A stretch of DNA of 61,293 nt, counting the filler. It is 9 parts of 9 records of this genome, joined end to end, with 100 filler letters (N's around TTAATTAATTAA, not from the genome) between each part and the next. Parts side by side here need not be neighbours in the genome. Positions count along the whole stretch, not along the records: positions 36,299 to 43,499 come from SRR20825010_2069; positions 43,600 to 51,506 come from SRR20825010_2071; positions 51,607 to 61,293 come from SRR20825010_2078; 6 more parts are not named here. One strand, 5' to 3'. Positions 41,785 through 51,804 of the stretch are shown here, piece after piece. The notes below the pieces were generated by a model. That model had not been told where the DNA came from and did not search any database. It saw only the letters and a list, made by a program, of their open reading frames with translations. Each line of letters opens with the position of its first letter. The first letter of the stretch is position 1. The position numbers and the translations under genes are program-made.

Positions 41785-42246
41785 ATGCCACAGATCCGCA
41801 CTCAGGGACTTCTGACCATTGGCGAAGTGGCAAGCCGCACCGGTCTCGCCGTCTCGGCGATCCGCTATTACGACGACGAGGGACTGGTCTCGGCACGCCG
41901 CACTCCGGGCGGAAAGCGCATGTTCATCCGCTCCGACATCAGGCGTCTGTCCTTCATCCTGATCGCCCAGAAAATGGGATTCTCGCTCGAGGAAATCCGC
42001 GCCCAGCTCAAACAGCTGCCGCTCGAGCGCACGCCCACCAAACGCGACTGGGAAAAGATCAGCCGCGGCTTCCGCGCCCGGCTCGATGCCCGCATCGGCA
42101 TGCTGGAGCGGCTGCGCGACCGGCTTGACGGCTGCATCGGCTGCGGCTGCCTGTCGCTTGACGCCTGCAGGCTCTACAATCCCGACGACCGGGCAGGCCG
42201 GACCGGCACCGGTCCGCGCCTGGTGGTGGAGAAATCGATCGATTAG
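41785..42246 (+). CDS. soxR: Redox-sensitive transcriptional activator
   Basis: MerR HTH (LTIGEVASRTGLAVSAIRYY) and the [2Fe-2S] motif CIGCGCLSLDAC. Confidence 0.96.
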   Translation: MPQIRTQGLLTIGEVASRTGLAVSAIRYYDDEGLVSARRTPGGKRMFIRSDIRRLSFILIAQKMGFSLEEIRAQLKQLPLERTPTKRDWEKISRGFRARLDARIGMLERLRDRLDGCIGCGCLSLDACRLYNPDDRAGRTGTGPRLVVEKSID

Positions 42247-42261
42247 TCTGTGGCCGGACTA

Positions 42262-42531
42262 TCAGTCGGCTGTCGGCAGGCGGCGCATGGTGAACTCGAT
42301 CTCGTCGCCCTCGCCCGGCAGCGCCCGCCAGCTTTCGACTTCGGTCCAGTAGGCCGCCTTCGGCCAGGCCGAGAACCACTCCCGTGCCTTTTCCCGCGCA
42401 TCGCCGCGGCTCAGCCGGTAGGTCTCGCGCACGAAGCTGCCCGATTTCTGTCCATCGGATTTTTCCTTGCGCGCACGGGCGATCTCGCGGCGCAACCCTT
42501 CAAGCGGCGGGCGTTGTTGATACCGGCTCAT
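42262..42531 (-). CDS. Small conserved hypothetical protein
   Basis: 89 aa with [17 protein letters not shown]...AREWF...[13 protein letters not shown]...[12 protein letters not shown]. Confidence 0.75.
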   Translation of the reverse strand: MSRYQQRPPLEGLRREIARARKEKSDGQKSGSFVRETYRLSRGDAREKAREWFSAWPKAAYWTEVESWRALPGEGDEIEFTMRRLPTAD

Positions 42532-42686
42532 GGTCCTTCCTTTGCCTTCATGGCTGGTCCACTTTAGCTCAAAAGCGGGTTCCCGGCGAGTCCACTGAAA
42601 TCTGCCGCAATCGGGATGCAAGGCTGCGGTTACATATCCCGGGATCTGCTGCTATGACGGAACCAAAACCAAACCGAGGAGCCCAA

Positions 42687-43499
42687 ATGCAACGCCCAAG
42701 CCTGCCAGCCGGCCTGCCCGACGACATCGAGGAAAAGAAGACCCGAGCACGCCAGTGGTTCGAGCAGTTGCGCGACCAGATCTGCCTGAGCTTCGAGGCG
42801 CTTGAGGATGAAGTCGACAACGCCCAGTCGACCGGTGAACCGGGACGCTTCGAGCGCACCCAGTGGCAGCGCGACGAGGGTGCCGGCGGCGGCGGAACCA
42901 TGTCGATCATGAAGGGCCGGCTGTTCGAGAAGGTCGGCGTCCACACCTCCACGGTCCACGGCGAATTCTCGCCCGAATTCCGCTCCCAGATCCCCGGCGC
43001 CGAGGAAGATCCGCGGTTCTGGGCCTCCGGCATCTCGCTGATCGCCCACCCGACCAACCCGCATGTGCCGACCGTGCATATGAACACCCGCATGGTCGTG
43101 ACCACCAGCCAGTGGTTCGGCGGCGGCGCCGACTTGACCCCGGTGCTCGACAACCGCCGGACCCAGACCGATCCGGACGCACAGCTGTTCCACCGCGCCA
43201 TGGAGATTGCCTGCAACCGGCACGCGGTCGCCGACTACCCGAAATACAAGGCCTGGTGCGACGAATACTTCTACCTGCCGCACCGGGACGAGCCGCGCGG
43301 CATCGGCGGTATCTTCTATGACTGGCTGCACGGCGGTGAAGACCATAGCGCGTGGGACGCCAATTTTTCCTTCACCCAGGATGTCGGCCGCGCCTTCAAC
43401 GTCGTCTACCCGAAGATCGTTCGGTCGAACTTCAACAAGCCCTGGACCGATGCGGAACGTACCGAGCAGCTGATCCGCCGCGGCCGCTATGTCGAGTTC
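42687..43499 (+). CDS. hemF: Oxygen-dependent coproporphyrinogen III oxidase, 3'-truncated
   Basis: [52 protein letters not shown]. Confidence 0.96.
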
Positions 43500-43599
43500 N
43501 NNNNNNNNNNNNNNNNNNNNNNNNNNNNNNNNNNNNNNNNNNNTTAATTAATTAANNNNNNNNNNNNNNNNNNNNNNNNNNNNNNNNNNNNNNNNNNNN
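43500..43599. other. Artificial contig-joining spacer
   Basis: N44-TTAATTAATTAA-N44. Confidence 0.99.
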
Positions 43600-44036
43600 G
43601 CCGCCGAATAACCGGTCGCCAGCATCGGATCCACCAGAATAAACAGCCGGTCTTCCGCCGTTGGCAGTTTCCGGAGATATTCAACGGGGCGCTTCGTCTC
43701 CGGATCACGGTACATGCCGATATGCCCGACCCGCGCAGACGGCATCAGTTCGAGCAAGCCATCGGCCATGCCAAGGCCAGCCCGCAAAATCGGCACGATG
43801 GCGGATTTCTTTCCCGCCAGAACCCGCGCCTCCATCGGGCAGATAGGTGTTTCAATTTTCTCATGGGTGGTTGGCAAATGACGCGTGACTTCATATCCCA
43901 TCAGCAGGGCTATTTCCTTGAGCAATTGGCGGAAGGTTTTCGTTGACGTGTCCTTGTTCCGCATATGACTGAGTTTATGAACGATAAGCGGGTGATCGAG
44001 GATATGAAGATTCGGAAATCGCGGATCATAGGCCAT
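43600..44036 (-). CDS. upp: Uracil phosphoribosyltransferase, 3'-truncated
   Basis: [36 protein letters not shown]. Confidence 0.96.
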
Positions 44037-44281
44037 GGGGTAGCTGCCCTTCCCTATAGTGCAAACAGGCTAGCGCCAGACAATATCCGACTTCTCTTTT
44101 AAAATCACTATTTAGACGACCGAAATAGCGATAAATTATGGCGATCCGAAAATTTACTTCCTATACTTTGCCCAATACGGCCTTAAAGCTTGACCCGCCG
44201 GTCTGATTTGGTTTTGGATTTAAGGTCGACCCCCTGTTCATGAACATTGAACGGGTGGGGTTTTAAAAGGGAGAGACAACT

Positions 44282-45268
44282 ATGATGGAAAAGATTGCCC
44301 TCGGGCTTCTTGCGACGGCCGCGCTGACAATGAGCGGGCTGGCTGTGGCTGATGATTTTAAACCCGCAATCGTCTTTGACATGGGCGGCAAGTCTGACAA
44401 GTCCTTTAACGAGGCGGCCTTCAACGGCGTTGAGAAATTCAAGAAAGACACCGGCGTCGACTATCTGGAATTTGAGGTCACCAAGGTTTCCGAGCGCGAA
44501 CAGGCGACAGAACGCATGGCTCGCAAAGGGGCGAACATTGTTGTCGCCATCGGCTTTGCTCAGGCAGACGCCGTTGAAAAGGCTGCAACGGCTCATCCGG
44601 ACACAAAATTCACCATCATTGATATGGTTGTTGATCTGCCCAACGTCCAATCCGTTGTGTTTCGCGAAGAACAGGGCTCTTTCCTCGTCGGCATGGCCGC
44701 TGCCATGGCGAGCAAATCCGGAAAGGTCGGCTTTATTGGCGGTATGGATATCCCTCTGATCCGCAAATTCGCGCTGGGATATAAGGAAGGGGTTCTCTAT
44801 GCGAACCCGAAGGCGGAAGTAATCGAGAATATGACAGGCACAACGCCCGCCGCCTGGAACGATCCGACCAAAGGCAGCGAACTGGCCAAGAGCCAGTTTG
44901 ATCGCGGAGCAGATGTTGTATTTGCGGCCGCAGGTGGAACCGGGCTTGGCGTTCTGCAGTCCGCCGCCGATGAGAAGATGCTGGCGATCGGCGTCGATAG
45001 TAATCAGAACCATCTGCATCCCGGAACGATGTTGACATCCATGCTGAAACGCGTTGATGTCGCCGTTTACAATGCAATGATGTCCGCGAAGAATGGAACA
45101 TGGCAGTCCGGCATCCAGGTGCTTGGCCTTCAGGAAGAGGGCGTTGGATTCTCCGTTGATGAATGGAACAAGGGTGTCCTGACGGAAGATATGATCGCCA
45201 CCATGAACAAGGCAAAGGCCGACATCATTTCCGGCAAGATCAAGGTTACCAATTATATGGACAAATAA
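44282..45268 (+). CDS. BMP-family nucleoside ABC transporter substrate-binding protein
   Basis: Signal peptide, GGKSDKSFN, FREEQGSFLVG, AAGGTGLG, IGVDSNQ, TSMLKRVD. Confidence 0.93.
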   Translation: MMEKIALGLLATAALTMSGLAVADDFKPAIVFDMGGKSDKSFNEAAFNGVEKFKKDTGVDYLEFEVTKVSEREQATERMARKGANIVVAIGFAQADAVEKAATAHPDTKFTIIDMVVDLPNVQSVVFREEQGSFLVGMAAAMASKSGKVGFIGGMDIPLIRKFALGYKEGVLYANPKAEVIENMTGTTPAAWNDPTKGSELAKSQFDRGADVVFAAAGGTGLGVLQSAADEKMLAIGVDSNQNHLHPGTMLTSMLKRVDVAVYNAMMSAKNGTWQSGIQVLGLQEEGVGFSVDEWNKGVLTEDMIATMNKAKADIISGKIKVTNYMDK

Positions 45269-45279
45269 GTCTGACAGTC

Positions 45280-46833
45280 ATGTCAGAACAAAGTCCGGCG
45301 CTGGAACTGCGCCGTATCAATAAAAGCTTCGGCCCGGTCCATGCGAACAAGGATATTTCCCTGTCGGTGGACCGGGGTAGCATTCACGGCATTATCGGTG
45401 AAAACGGCGCCGGAAAATCCACATTGATGAGTATTGTCTATGGCTTTTATCAGGCCGATAGCGGTGACATCTTTGTCAATGGCCAGAGCTGCCACATCGA
45501 AAATCCGCAAAGCTCGATCAAGGCCGGGATCGGCATGGTGCATCAACATTTCATGCTGGTGGATACTTTCACGGTCCTCGAAAATATTATCCTCGGGGTC
45601 GAGGGGGGCTACCGACTATCCGAAGGGCTGGCGGCGGCCCGCAATGAGTTGATCCGCCTGGAGAAGGAGTATGCCCTTGAGGTCAATGTCGATGCAATTG
45701 TCGGTGATCTGCCCGTTGGCCTCCGACAGCGGGTTGAGATTCTGAAGGCCCTGTATCGCGGCGCGGAAATTCTCATTCTCGATGAACCAACCGGCGTATT
45801 GACCCCGCAAGAGGCGGATCACCTCTTTCGTATCCTCGATACCCTTCGTAAGCAGGGAAAAACCGTGATCCTGATTACCCACAAACTCCGGGAAATCATG
45901 GCCATTACCGATAATGTTTCGGTGATGCGGCGCGGCGAGATGGTTGCTCATGTCAAGACACGCGAGACAAATCAGGCCGCCCTTGCGGAACTGATGGTCG
46001 GCCGTTCGGTCCTCTTGCAAGTGGAGAAGAAACCGGCCAATCCAAAAGATACTCTCGTTTCCATCCGCAATCTCAACTATCTGGACGCAGATGACGTTCC
46101 TCGCCTTAAAGACATAAATCTGGACCTCAAGGCGGGTGAAATCCTTGGCATCGCCGGGGTCTCAGGCAACGGTCAGTCGGAGCTGCTGGAAGTCTTGGGC
46201 GGCATGCTGACCCCCACGTCGGGCAGCATCCGGTTTGAAGGACGGGAACTCGTGGGAAGCAAGGCGTTCACAGCGCGGAATTTGCGTAAAATTGGTCTCG
46301 GCCATGTACCGGAAGACAGGCATCGTTCTGGATTGATACTTTCATTCAGCGCCAATGAATGCACCATTCTCGGCTATCATGACAAACCCGAATATAACCG
46401 GGGTTTACGACTTGATCGCAAATCCATGGTCGAAACCTGCCAGAGTTATATTCAGAAATATGATGTGCGGCCACCCGACCCATATCTCAAGGCTTCGGGT
46501 TTTTCCGGCGGCAATCAGCAGAAACTGGTTCTCGCGCGGGAGATGGAACAAAACCCTGATGTCCTGTTGGTCGGGCAGCCAACGCGCGGTGTGGATATTG
46601 GCGCCATCGAATTTATCCATAAACAACTCATCATGATGCGCGATGCGGGAAAGGCGATCCTTGTTGTTTCGGTTGAAATCGATGAGGTCATGTCTATCGC
46701 AGACCGGATCGCCGTCATGTTCGACGGCGATATCGTCGGGGAAATCGCCGCATCGGAAGCAACGGAAACCCGGCTTGGCCTGATGATGGCAGGCGTCAGG
46801 GAAACCCGGCCCGGCGCGAAGGAAGCAGTCTGA
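45280..46833 (+). CDS. Nucleoside/sugar ABC transporter ATPase (double NBD)
   Basis: GENGAGKST, MVHQHF, ILDEPT, FSGGNQQK, QPTRGVD. Confidence 0.95.
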   Translation: MSEQSPALELRRINKSFGPVHANKDISLSVDRGSIHGIIGENGAGKSTLMSIVYGFYQADSGDIFVNGQSCHIENPQSSIKAGIGMVHQHFMLVDTFTVLENIILGVEGGYRLSEGLAAARNELIRLEKEYALEVNVDAIVGDLPVGLRQRVEILKALYRGAEILILDEPTGVLTPQEADHLFRILDTLRKQGKTVILITHKLREIMAITDNVSVMRRGEMVAHVKTRETNQAALAELMVGRSVLLQVEKKPANPKDTLVSIRNLNYLDADDVPRLKDINLDLKAGEILGIAGVSGNGQSELLEVLGGMLTPTSGSIRFEGRELVGSKAFTARNLRKIGLGHVPEDRHRSGLILSFSANECTILGYHDKPEYNRGLRLDRKSMVETCQSYIQKYDVRPPDPYLKASGFSGGNQQKLVLAREMEQNPDVLLVGQPTRGVDIGAIEFIHKQLIMMRDAGKAILVVSVEIDEVMSIADRIAVMFDGDIVGEIAASEATETRLGLMMAGVRETRPGAKEAV

Positions 46834-47954
46834 TGACGGAAGCATCGGTGAAATTTGCGGCACCGCTTAAAATTCCGGGATGGGTGAATTACGCGCTGAT
46901 CCCTTTCATCAATCTTCTCGCGGCGCTCCTGATATCGGGGATCGTGATCCTGATTATCGGCGATAGTCCCATCGTAGCATTGAAAGTCCTGATTTACGGC
47001 GCTTTCGGCTATCCGGAGGCAGTTGGCTACACCCTCTATTATACGACAAATTTCATCTTTACCGGCCTCGCCGTGGCGATCGCCTTTCATTGCGGCCTCT
47101 TTAATATCGGCGCGGAAGGGCAGGCTGCCCTTGGCGGTATCGGTGCCAGCCTCATCTGTCTCTATGTGGATTGGCTGCCGCTCTGGCTGGTCATCCCGCT
47201 TGCGATGATAGCGGCGGCCATCTTCGGGGCGGCATGGGCCTATATCCCGGCCTATCTTCAGGCCAAACGTGGGAGTCACATCGTTATCACGACGATCATG
47301 TTCAACTTTATCGCCGCCTCAATCCTGACCTATCTGCTGGTTGAAGTTCTCATCGATCCAAATGGCCAATCGCCGGAAAGCCGCCATTTTATCGAGAGCA
47401 CCTGGCTTCCCTATTTCCATGATTTCATAGCAATGCCGAGCACGCCGCTCAATATCTCTTTTATCTATGCGCTTGCGTTGAGCGCCGGTTTCTATTTCCT
47501 GGTCTGGCATACAAGGTGGGGCTATGAGATTCGGGTCGTTGGGCAGAATGAGACCGCCGCCCGTTATGCCGGCATATCCCCATCGAAGAATATAATCCTT
47601 GCCATGGTGATTTCCGGTGCCCTCGCCGGTTTTGTCGGCATTAACGAGCTTCAGGGCGTGCAGCACCGGCTTATCCTGGATTTCACGGGTGGTTATGGCT
47701 TTGTCGGGATTGCTGTCGCGCTTATGGGACGGAATCATCCCATCGGCATTTTCCTCGCCGCCCTTCTCTTCGGGGCGCTGTACCAAGGCGGCTCGGAACT
47801 CGCCTTCGAGATGAAATCTATCAATAAGGAAATGGTCATCGTCATTCAGGGGCTGATCATCCTCTTTTCCGGCGCGCTTGAACATATTTTCCGGCCAAAG
47901 ATCGAGGCAGCCTATCGCCGCTTTGCGACGACTCAAACGGCGGAGGCAGGCTGA
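46833..47954 (+). CDS. Nucleoside ABC transporter permease
   Basis: GLFNIGAEGQ, ITTIMFN, GYGFVGIAVALMGRNHP. Confidence 0.93.
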   Translation: MTEASVKFAAPLKIPGWVNYALIPFINLLAALLISGIVILIIGDSPIVALKVLIYGAFGYPEAVGYTLYYTTNFIFTGLAVAIAFHCGLFNIGAEGQAALGGIGASLICLYVDWLPLWLVIPLAMIAAAIFGAAWAYIPAYLQAKRGSHIVITTIMFNFIAASILTYLLVEVLIDPNGQSPESRHFIESTWLPYFHDFIAMPSTPLNISFIYALALSAGFYFLVWHTRWGYEIRVVGQNETAARYAGISPSKNIILAMVISGALAGFVGINELQGVQHRLILDFTGGYGFVGIAVALMGRNHPIGIFLAALLFGALYQGGSELAFEMKSINKEMVIVIQGLIILFSGALEHIFRPKIEAAYRRFATTQTAEAG

Positions 47955-48925
47955 TGGAGACTTTTCATATCATCATTCTCCTGCTGGATGCGACATTTCG
48001 AGTGGCCACTCCCCTCGTCCTCGCGGCGCTTGCCGGAATGTTTTCGGAACGTGCCGGTGTCGTCGATATCGGCCTTGAGGGCAAGATGCTGGGCGCAGCC
48101 TTCGCCGCCGCCGCTGTGGCCGCCGTATCGGGCTCTGCCTGGGTTGGCCTTGGCGCCGGTATTCTTGCGTCAATCGCGCTCTCATTGTTGCATGCCTATG
48201 CCTGCGTCACCCATAAGGGCAATCAGGTGGTCTCCGGCATGGCCATTAATATCGTCGTGGCCGGGCTAACGCCGACACTCGGCTATGCTTGGTTCAGTAT
48301 GGGCGGACAGACGCCACATCTAGGCGGCGATGCGCGCTTCAAATCAATCACCCTGCCCTTTGCGGAAGCTGTCCATGATATTCCGGTTATTGGCTATATC
48401 TATGCGGAGCTGATTTCTAACCATAATATCATTGTCTATCTGGCCGCTGCCGCTGTGCCGATCTGCGCCTGGATCCTGTATAAAACGCGCTTCGGCCTTC
48501 GCGTGCGCGCCGTTGGCGAAAACCCCCATGCGGTGGATACCGCCGGCATTTCTGTTGACTGGATGCGCTATAAAGCCCTGATGGTAACCGGTTTTTTATG
48601 TGGCATTGCAGGGTCTTACCTTTCAACCGCTCATGGCGCCGGTTTTATTCGTGATATGACAGCGGGTAAGGGTTATCTTGCCCTCGCGGCGCTGATTTTC
48701 GGCAAATGGCGGCCAGTTCCCACATTGTTTGCCTGCCTGCTTTTTGCCTTCACCGATGCGGTTCAGGCGCGCCTGCAAGGGGTGGAATTACCCATTGTCG
48801 GCGTAATTCCTGTTCAGTTTATCCAGGCACTCCCCTATATACTCACTGTATTGCTGCTCGCGGGCTTCGTTGGCAAGGCCAATCCGCCAAAATCCATTGG
48901 CGAGCCCTATATTAAGGAAAGATAA
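47954..48925 (+). CDS. Nucleoside ABC transporter permease
   Basis: SERAGVVDIGLEG, AVGENP, GKGYLALAALIFGKW, LPY. Confidence 0.93.
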   Translation: METFHIIILLLDATFRVATPLVLAALAGMFSERAGVVDIGLEGKMLGAAFAAAAVAAVSGSAWVGLGAGILASIALSLLHAYACVTHKGNQVVSGMAINIVVAGLTPTLGYAWFSMGGQTPHLGGDARFKSITLPFAEAVHDIPVIGYIYAELISNHNIIVYLAAAAVPICAWILYKTRFGLRVRAVGENPHAVDTAGISVDWMRYKALMVTGFLCGIAGSYLSTAHGAGFIRDMTAGKGYLALAALIFGKWRPVPTLFACLLFAFTDAVQARLQGVELPIVGVIPVQFIQALPYILTVLLLAGFVGKANPPKSIGEPYIKER

Positions 48926-49791
48926 TGATGCTCGATCCGCATAAAGCTGCCGACTTCGTTCAGAATGCAGCGCCGGGTTTCAGCCCCCGTGTCGGCATTG
49001 TGCTCGGTTCAGGCCTCGGCGATCTGGCGGAGAAGATCGAGACGGTCGCCAGTATCGACTACGAGACGATCCCCAACTTTCCAACTTCCACGGTGGAAGG
49101 ACATGCGGGGCGGCTTATTCTTGGGCGGCTTGGCGGCATGCCCGTCGCCTGCATGCAGGGCCGTGTCCATTACTACGAAGGCGTCAACCCGCAGGACCTC
49201 GCGCTCCCCGTGCGAATGCTGAAACTCCTCGGCATTGAAATCCTCCTGCTCACTAATGCAGCAGGCAGCTTTAAAAAGAAAATGGGACCGGGCAGCCTGA
49301 TGATGATCAAGGATCATATCAATTTCACGGGCCTCAACCCGCTGGTCGGTGCGAATGACGATGAATTTGGTCCGCGCTTCTTCTCGATGGAGGATGCCTA
49401 TGACCCAACATTGCGAAAGCATCTCACGGCCGTTGCGAAGGAACTCGGCATCACGCTGCATGAAGGCGTCTATCTGCATTATCTGGGTCCCAATTTCGAA
49501 ACCCCGGCGGAGATCAGGGCTTTCAAGACGCTGGGCCCCGACGCCGTCGGCATGTCCACAACACCGGAAGTGCTCGTCGCCCGTCATTGCGGCCTGCGCG
49601 TTGCGGCAATCTCCAATATCACCAATCTCGCCGCCGGGATGAGCAAGACCCCGCTCAGCCATGAACAAACGCTGGAAAGCGCGAAGATTGCCGCAGCGGA
49701 TCTTGAAAGCCTTGTCATCGTCTTTTTGGAAACCCTGAAACGGGAGCTTTTAAAGGCTCATATTCGGAGTACGGAAAATGGCGTCCATTAG
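48925..49791 (+). CDS. Purine nucleoside phosphorylase (trimeric PNP/XapA type)
   Basis: VLGSGLG, VEGHAG, QGRVHYYEG, TNAAG, GPNFETPAE, VGMST, TNLAAG. Confidence 0.93.
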   Translation: MMLDPHKAADFVQNAAPGFSPRVGIVLGSGLGDLAEKIETVASIDYETIPNFPTSTVEGHAGRLILGRLGGMPVACMQGRVHYYEGVNPQDLALPVRMLKLLGIEILLLTNAAGSFKKKMGPGSLMMIKDHINFTGLNPLVGANDDEFGPRFFSMEDAYDPTLRKHLTAVAKELGITLHEGVYLHYLGPNFETPAEIRAFKTLGPDAVGMSTTPEVLVARHCGLRVAAISNITNLAAGMSKTPLSHEQTLESAKIAAADLESLVIVFLETLKRELLKAHIRSTENGVH

Positions 49792-50764
49792 CCCGTTGAA
49801 ACCGGCCGCGGAAGGCCATGAACGCAATCCCGGCATGCCGCTTGATCTGGATGTACTGGATAGAATTCGCGTGAATTTAAGCGCGGTGGAGCGCCGCGCC
49901 GCCACCCTGCCCGGTCGGCGGACGGTCAAGAAGGAATATCAGGCCGCCTGGCTTTTGAAAGCTCTGACCTGCATAGACCTCACAACGTTGAGCGGCGATG
50001 ACACGCCGGGCCGCGTCAGGCGTCTCTGCGCCAAGGCGCGCCAGCCCGTCCGCGCGGATATTCTGAACGCCATGGGAATGGCGGAGCGCACTATCACGAC
50101 CGGCGCGGTCTGCGTTTATCACAGCATGGTGGAAACAGCAGTAGAGGCATTAAAGGGGACAAACATTCCCGTCGCCGCTGTCTCAACCGGCTTTCCGGCG
50201 GGACTCAGCCCGTTCGATCTCAGGGTGAAGGAGATTGAAGCCTCCGTCTCGGCAGGGGCGCAGGAAATTGATATCGTCATCACCCGCGGCCATGTGCTGA
50301 CTGGCAACTGGCAGGCCCTTTATAATGAAGTGAAGACCTTCCGCGCAGCATCGGGGGAGGCACATATGAAGGCCATCCTCGGTACGGGCGATATTTCCAC
50401 CCTTCGCAATGTTGCAAAAGCCAGCATGGTCGCAATGATGGCGGGAGCGGATTTCATCAAGACGTCGACGGGAAAAGAAAGCGTGAATGCCACCCTTCCC
50501 GTCACCCTCGTCATGCTGCGGATGATCCGCAAATATCTTGACATGACGGGGCATAAGGTTGGCTATAAACCGGCGGGCGGGATCAGCACGGCAAAGGATG
50601 TGCTGAATTACCAGATCATGATGAAGGAAGAGCTGGGCACAGACTGGCTGGAGCCGGGCCTCTTTCGCATCGGTGCCTCCAGCCTTTTGGGCGATATTGA
50701 GCGCCAGCTGGAGCATTTCGTCACCGGGCGCTATTCCGCCGATTTCCGCCATCCAATGGCCTGA
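49778..50764 (+). CDS. deoC: Deoxyribose-phosphate aldolase (long, eukaryote-like DERA)
   Basis: IDLTTLSGDD, GFPAG, EIDIV, GADFIKTSTGK, KPAGGI, RIGASSLL. Confidence 0.95.
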   Translation: MASISPLKPAAEGHERNPGMPLDLDVLDRIRVNLSAVERRAATLPGRRTVKKEYQAAWLLKALTCIDLTTLSGDDTPGRVRRLCAKARQPVRADILNAMGMAERTITTGAVCVYHSMVETAVEALKGTNIPVAAVSTGFPAGLSPFDLRVKEIEASVSAGAQEIDIVITRGHVLTGNWQALYNEVKTFRAASGEAHMKAILGTGDISTLRNVAKASMVAMMAGADFIKTSTGKESVNATLPVTLVMLRMIRKYLDMTGHKVGYKPAGGISTAKDVLNYQIMMKEELGTDWLEPGLFRIGASSLLGDIERQLEHFVTGRYSADFRHPMA

Positions 50765-50773
50765 GGAAAAACC

Positions 50774-51506
50774 ATGAGCATTGCAGAAATATTCGACAAG
50801 ATGGACTACGGACCGGCGCCGGAAAGCAGCGAGGCGGTGCTTCAATGGATTGCAGAGCGAAATGGCAAGTTCGATCATTTTATCAATGGCAACTGGGTCA
50901 AGCCGCAGTCCAAAAAATGGTTCGAGAGCCATAATCCCGCAACCGGTAAGCCACTCGCGAAAATCGCCGCTGGCAATGCGAAAGATATAGAGGCCGCCGT
51001 TTCTGCGGCCCGTGCGGCACAAAAAGGCTGGACCGATATCGGCGGATCCGCCCGCGCACGCTATCTCTATGCCCTCGCCCGCGCGATCCAGCGCAATGCC
51101 CGCCTGCTGGCTGTGCTTGAAACGCTTGATAATGGAAAGCCCATTCGCGAAACCCGCGATATTGATATCCCGCTCGTCGCAAGACATTTCTATCATCATG
51201 CCGGATGGGCACAACTTCAGGATCAGGAATTTGCCGAGTTCGAGCCCATGGGCGTGATCGGACAGATTATCCCCTGGAACTTTCCGCTTCTCATGCTCGC
51301 GTGGAAAATTGCGCCGGCGATTGCCGCCGGGAACACGGTTATTCTTAAACCTGCGGAATATACATCGCTCACCGCGCTTTGCTTCGCCGAAATCTGTAAA
51401 GACGTCGGCCTACCCGACGGCGTCGTCAATATCGTAACGGGCGACGGCAAGACTGGCGAAGCGCTGGTCAAACATTCCGATATCGACAAGATCGCCTTCA
51501 CCGGCT
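50774..51506 (+). CDS. Aldehyde dehydrogenase (probably ALDH16-like), 3'-truncated
   Basis: IFDKMDYGPAPES N-terminus, ETLDNGKPIRETRDID, IIPWNFPLLM, KPAEYT, FTG. Confidence 0.9.
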
Positions 51507-51606
51507 NNNNNNNNNNNNNNNNNNNNNNNNNNNNNNNNNNNNNNNNNNNNTTAATTAATTAANNNNNNNNNNNNNNNNNNNNNNNNNNNNNNNNNNNNNN
51601 NNNNNN
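51507..51606. other. Artificial contig-joining spacer
   Basis: N44-TTAATTAATTAA-N44. Confidence 0.99.
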
Positions 51607-51635
51607 CGCTGCTCTACCAACTGAGCTACCTGGGC
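51607..51635 (-). tRNA. 5' fragment of a tRNA, probably tRNA-Phe (anticodon not in the contig)
   Basis: Minus strand GCCCAGGTAGCTCAGTTGGTAGAGCAGCG gives the acceptor 5' strand and D-arm. Identity is inferred from the sequence and the yacG neighbourhood. Confidence 0.8.
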
Positions 51636-51804
51636 ACACTGTCGATGCCGCTGCGCAAGCGCCGCAGAACCGACGAGAGGCAGGTGTATAGAAGATATCA
51701 TCCGGGCTGTCCAGCGCCCAATATGTGCTTTTTTTCGTGGCCCGCTTGATGACGGGGGGCATCGGCGCTATCCAAGGATCAGCTTGCCGGGGAGTGGCGC
51801 ACAG

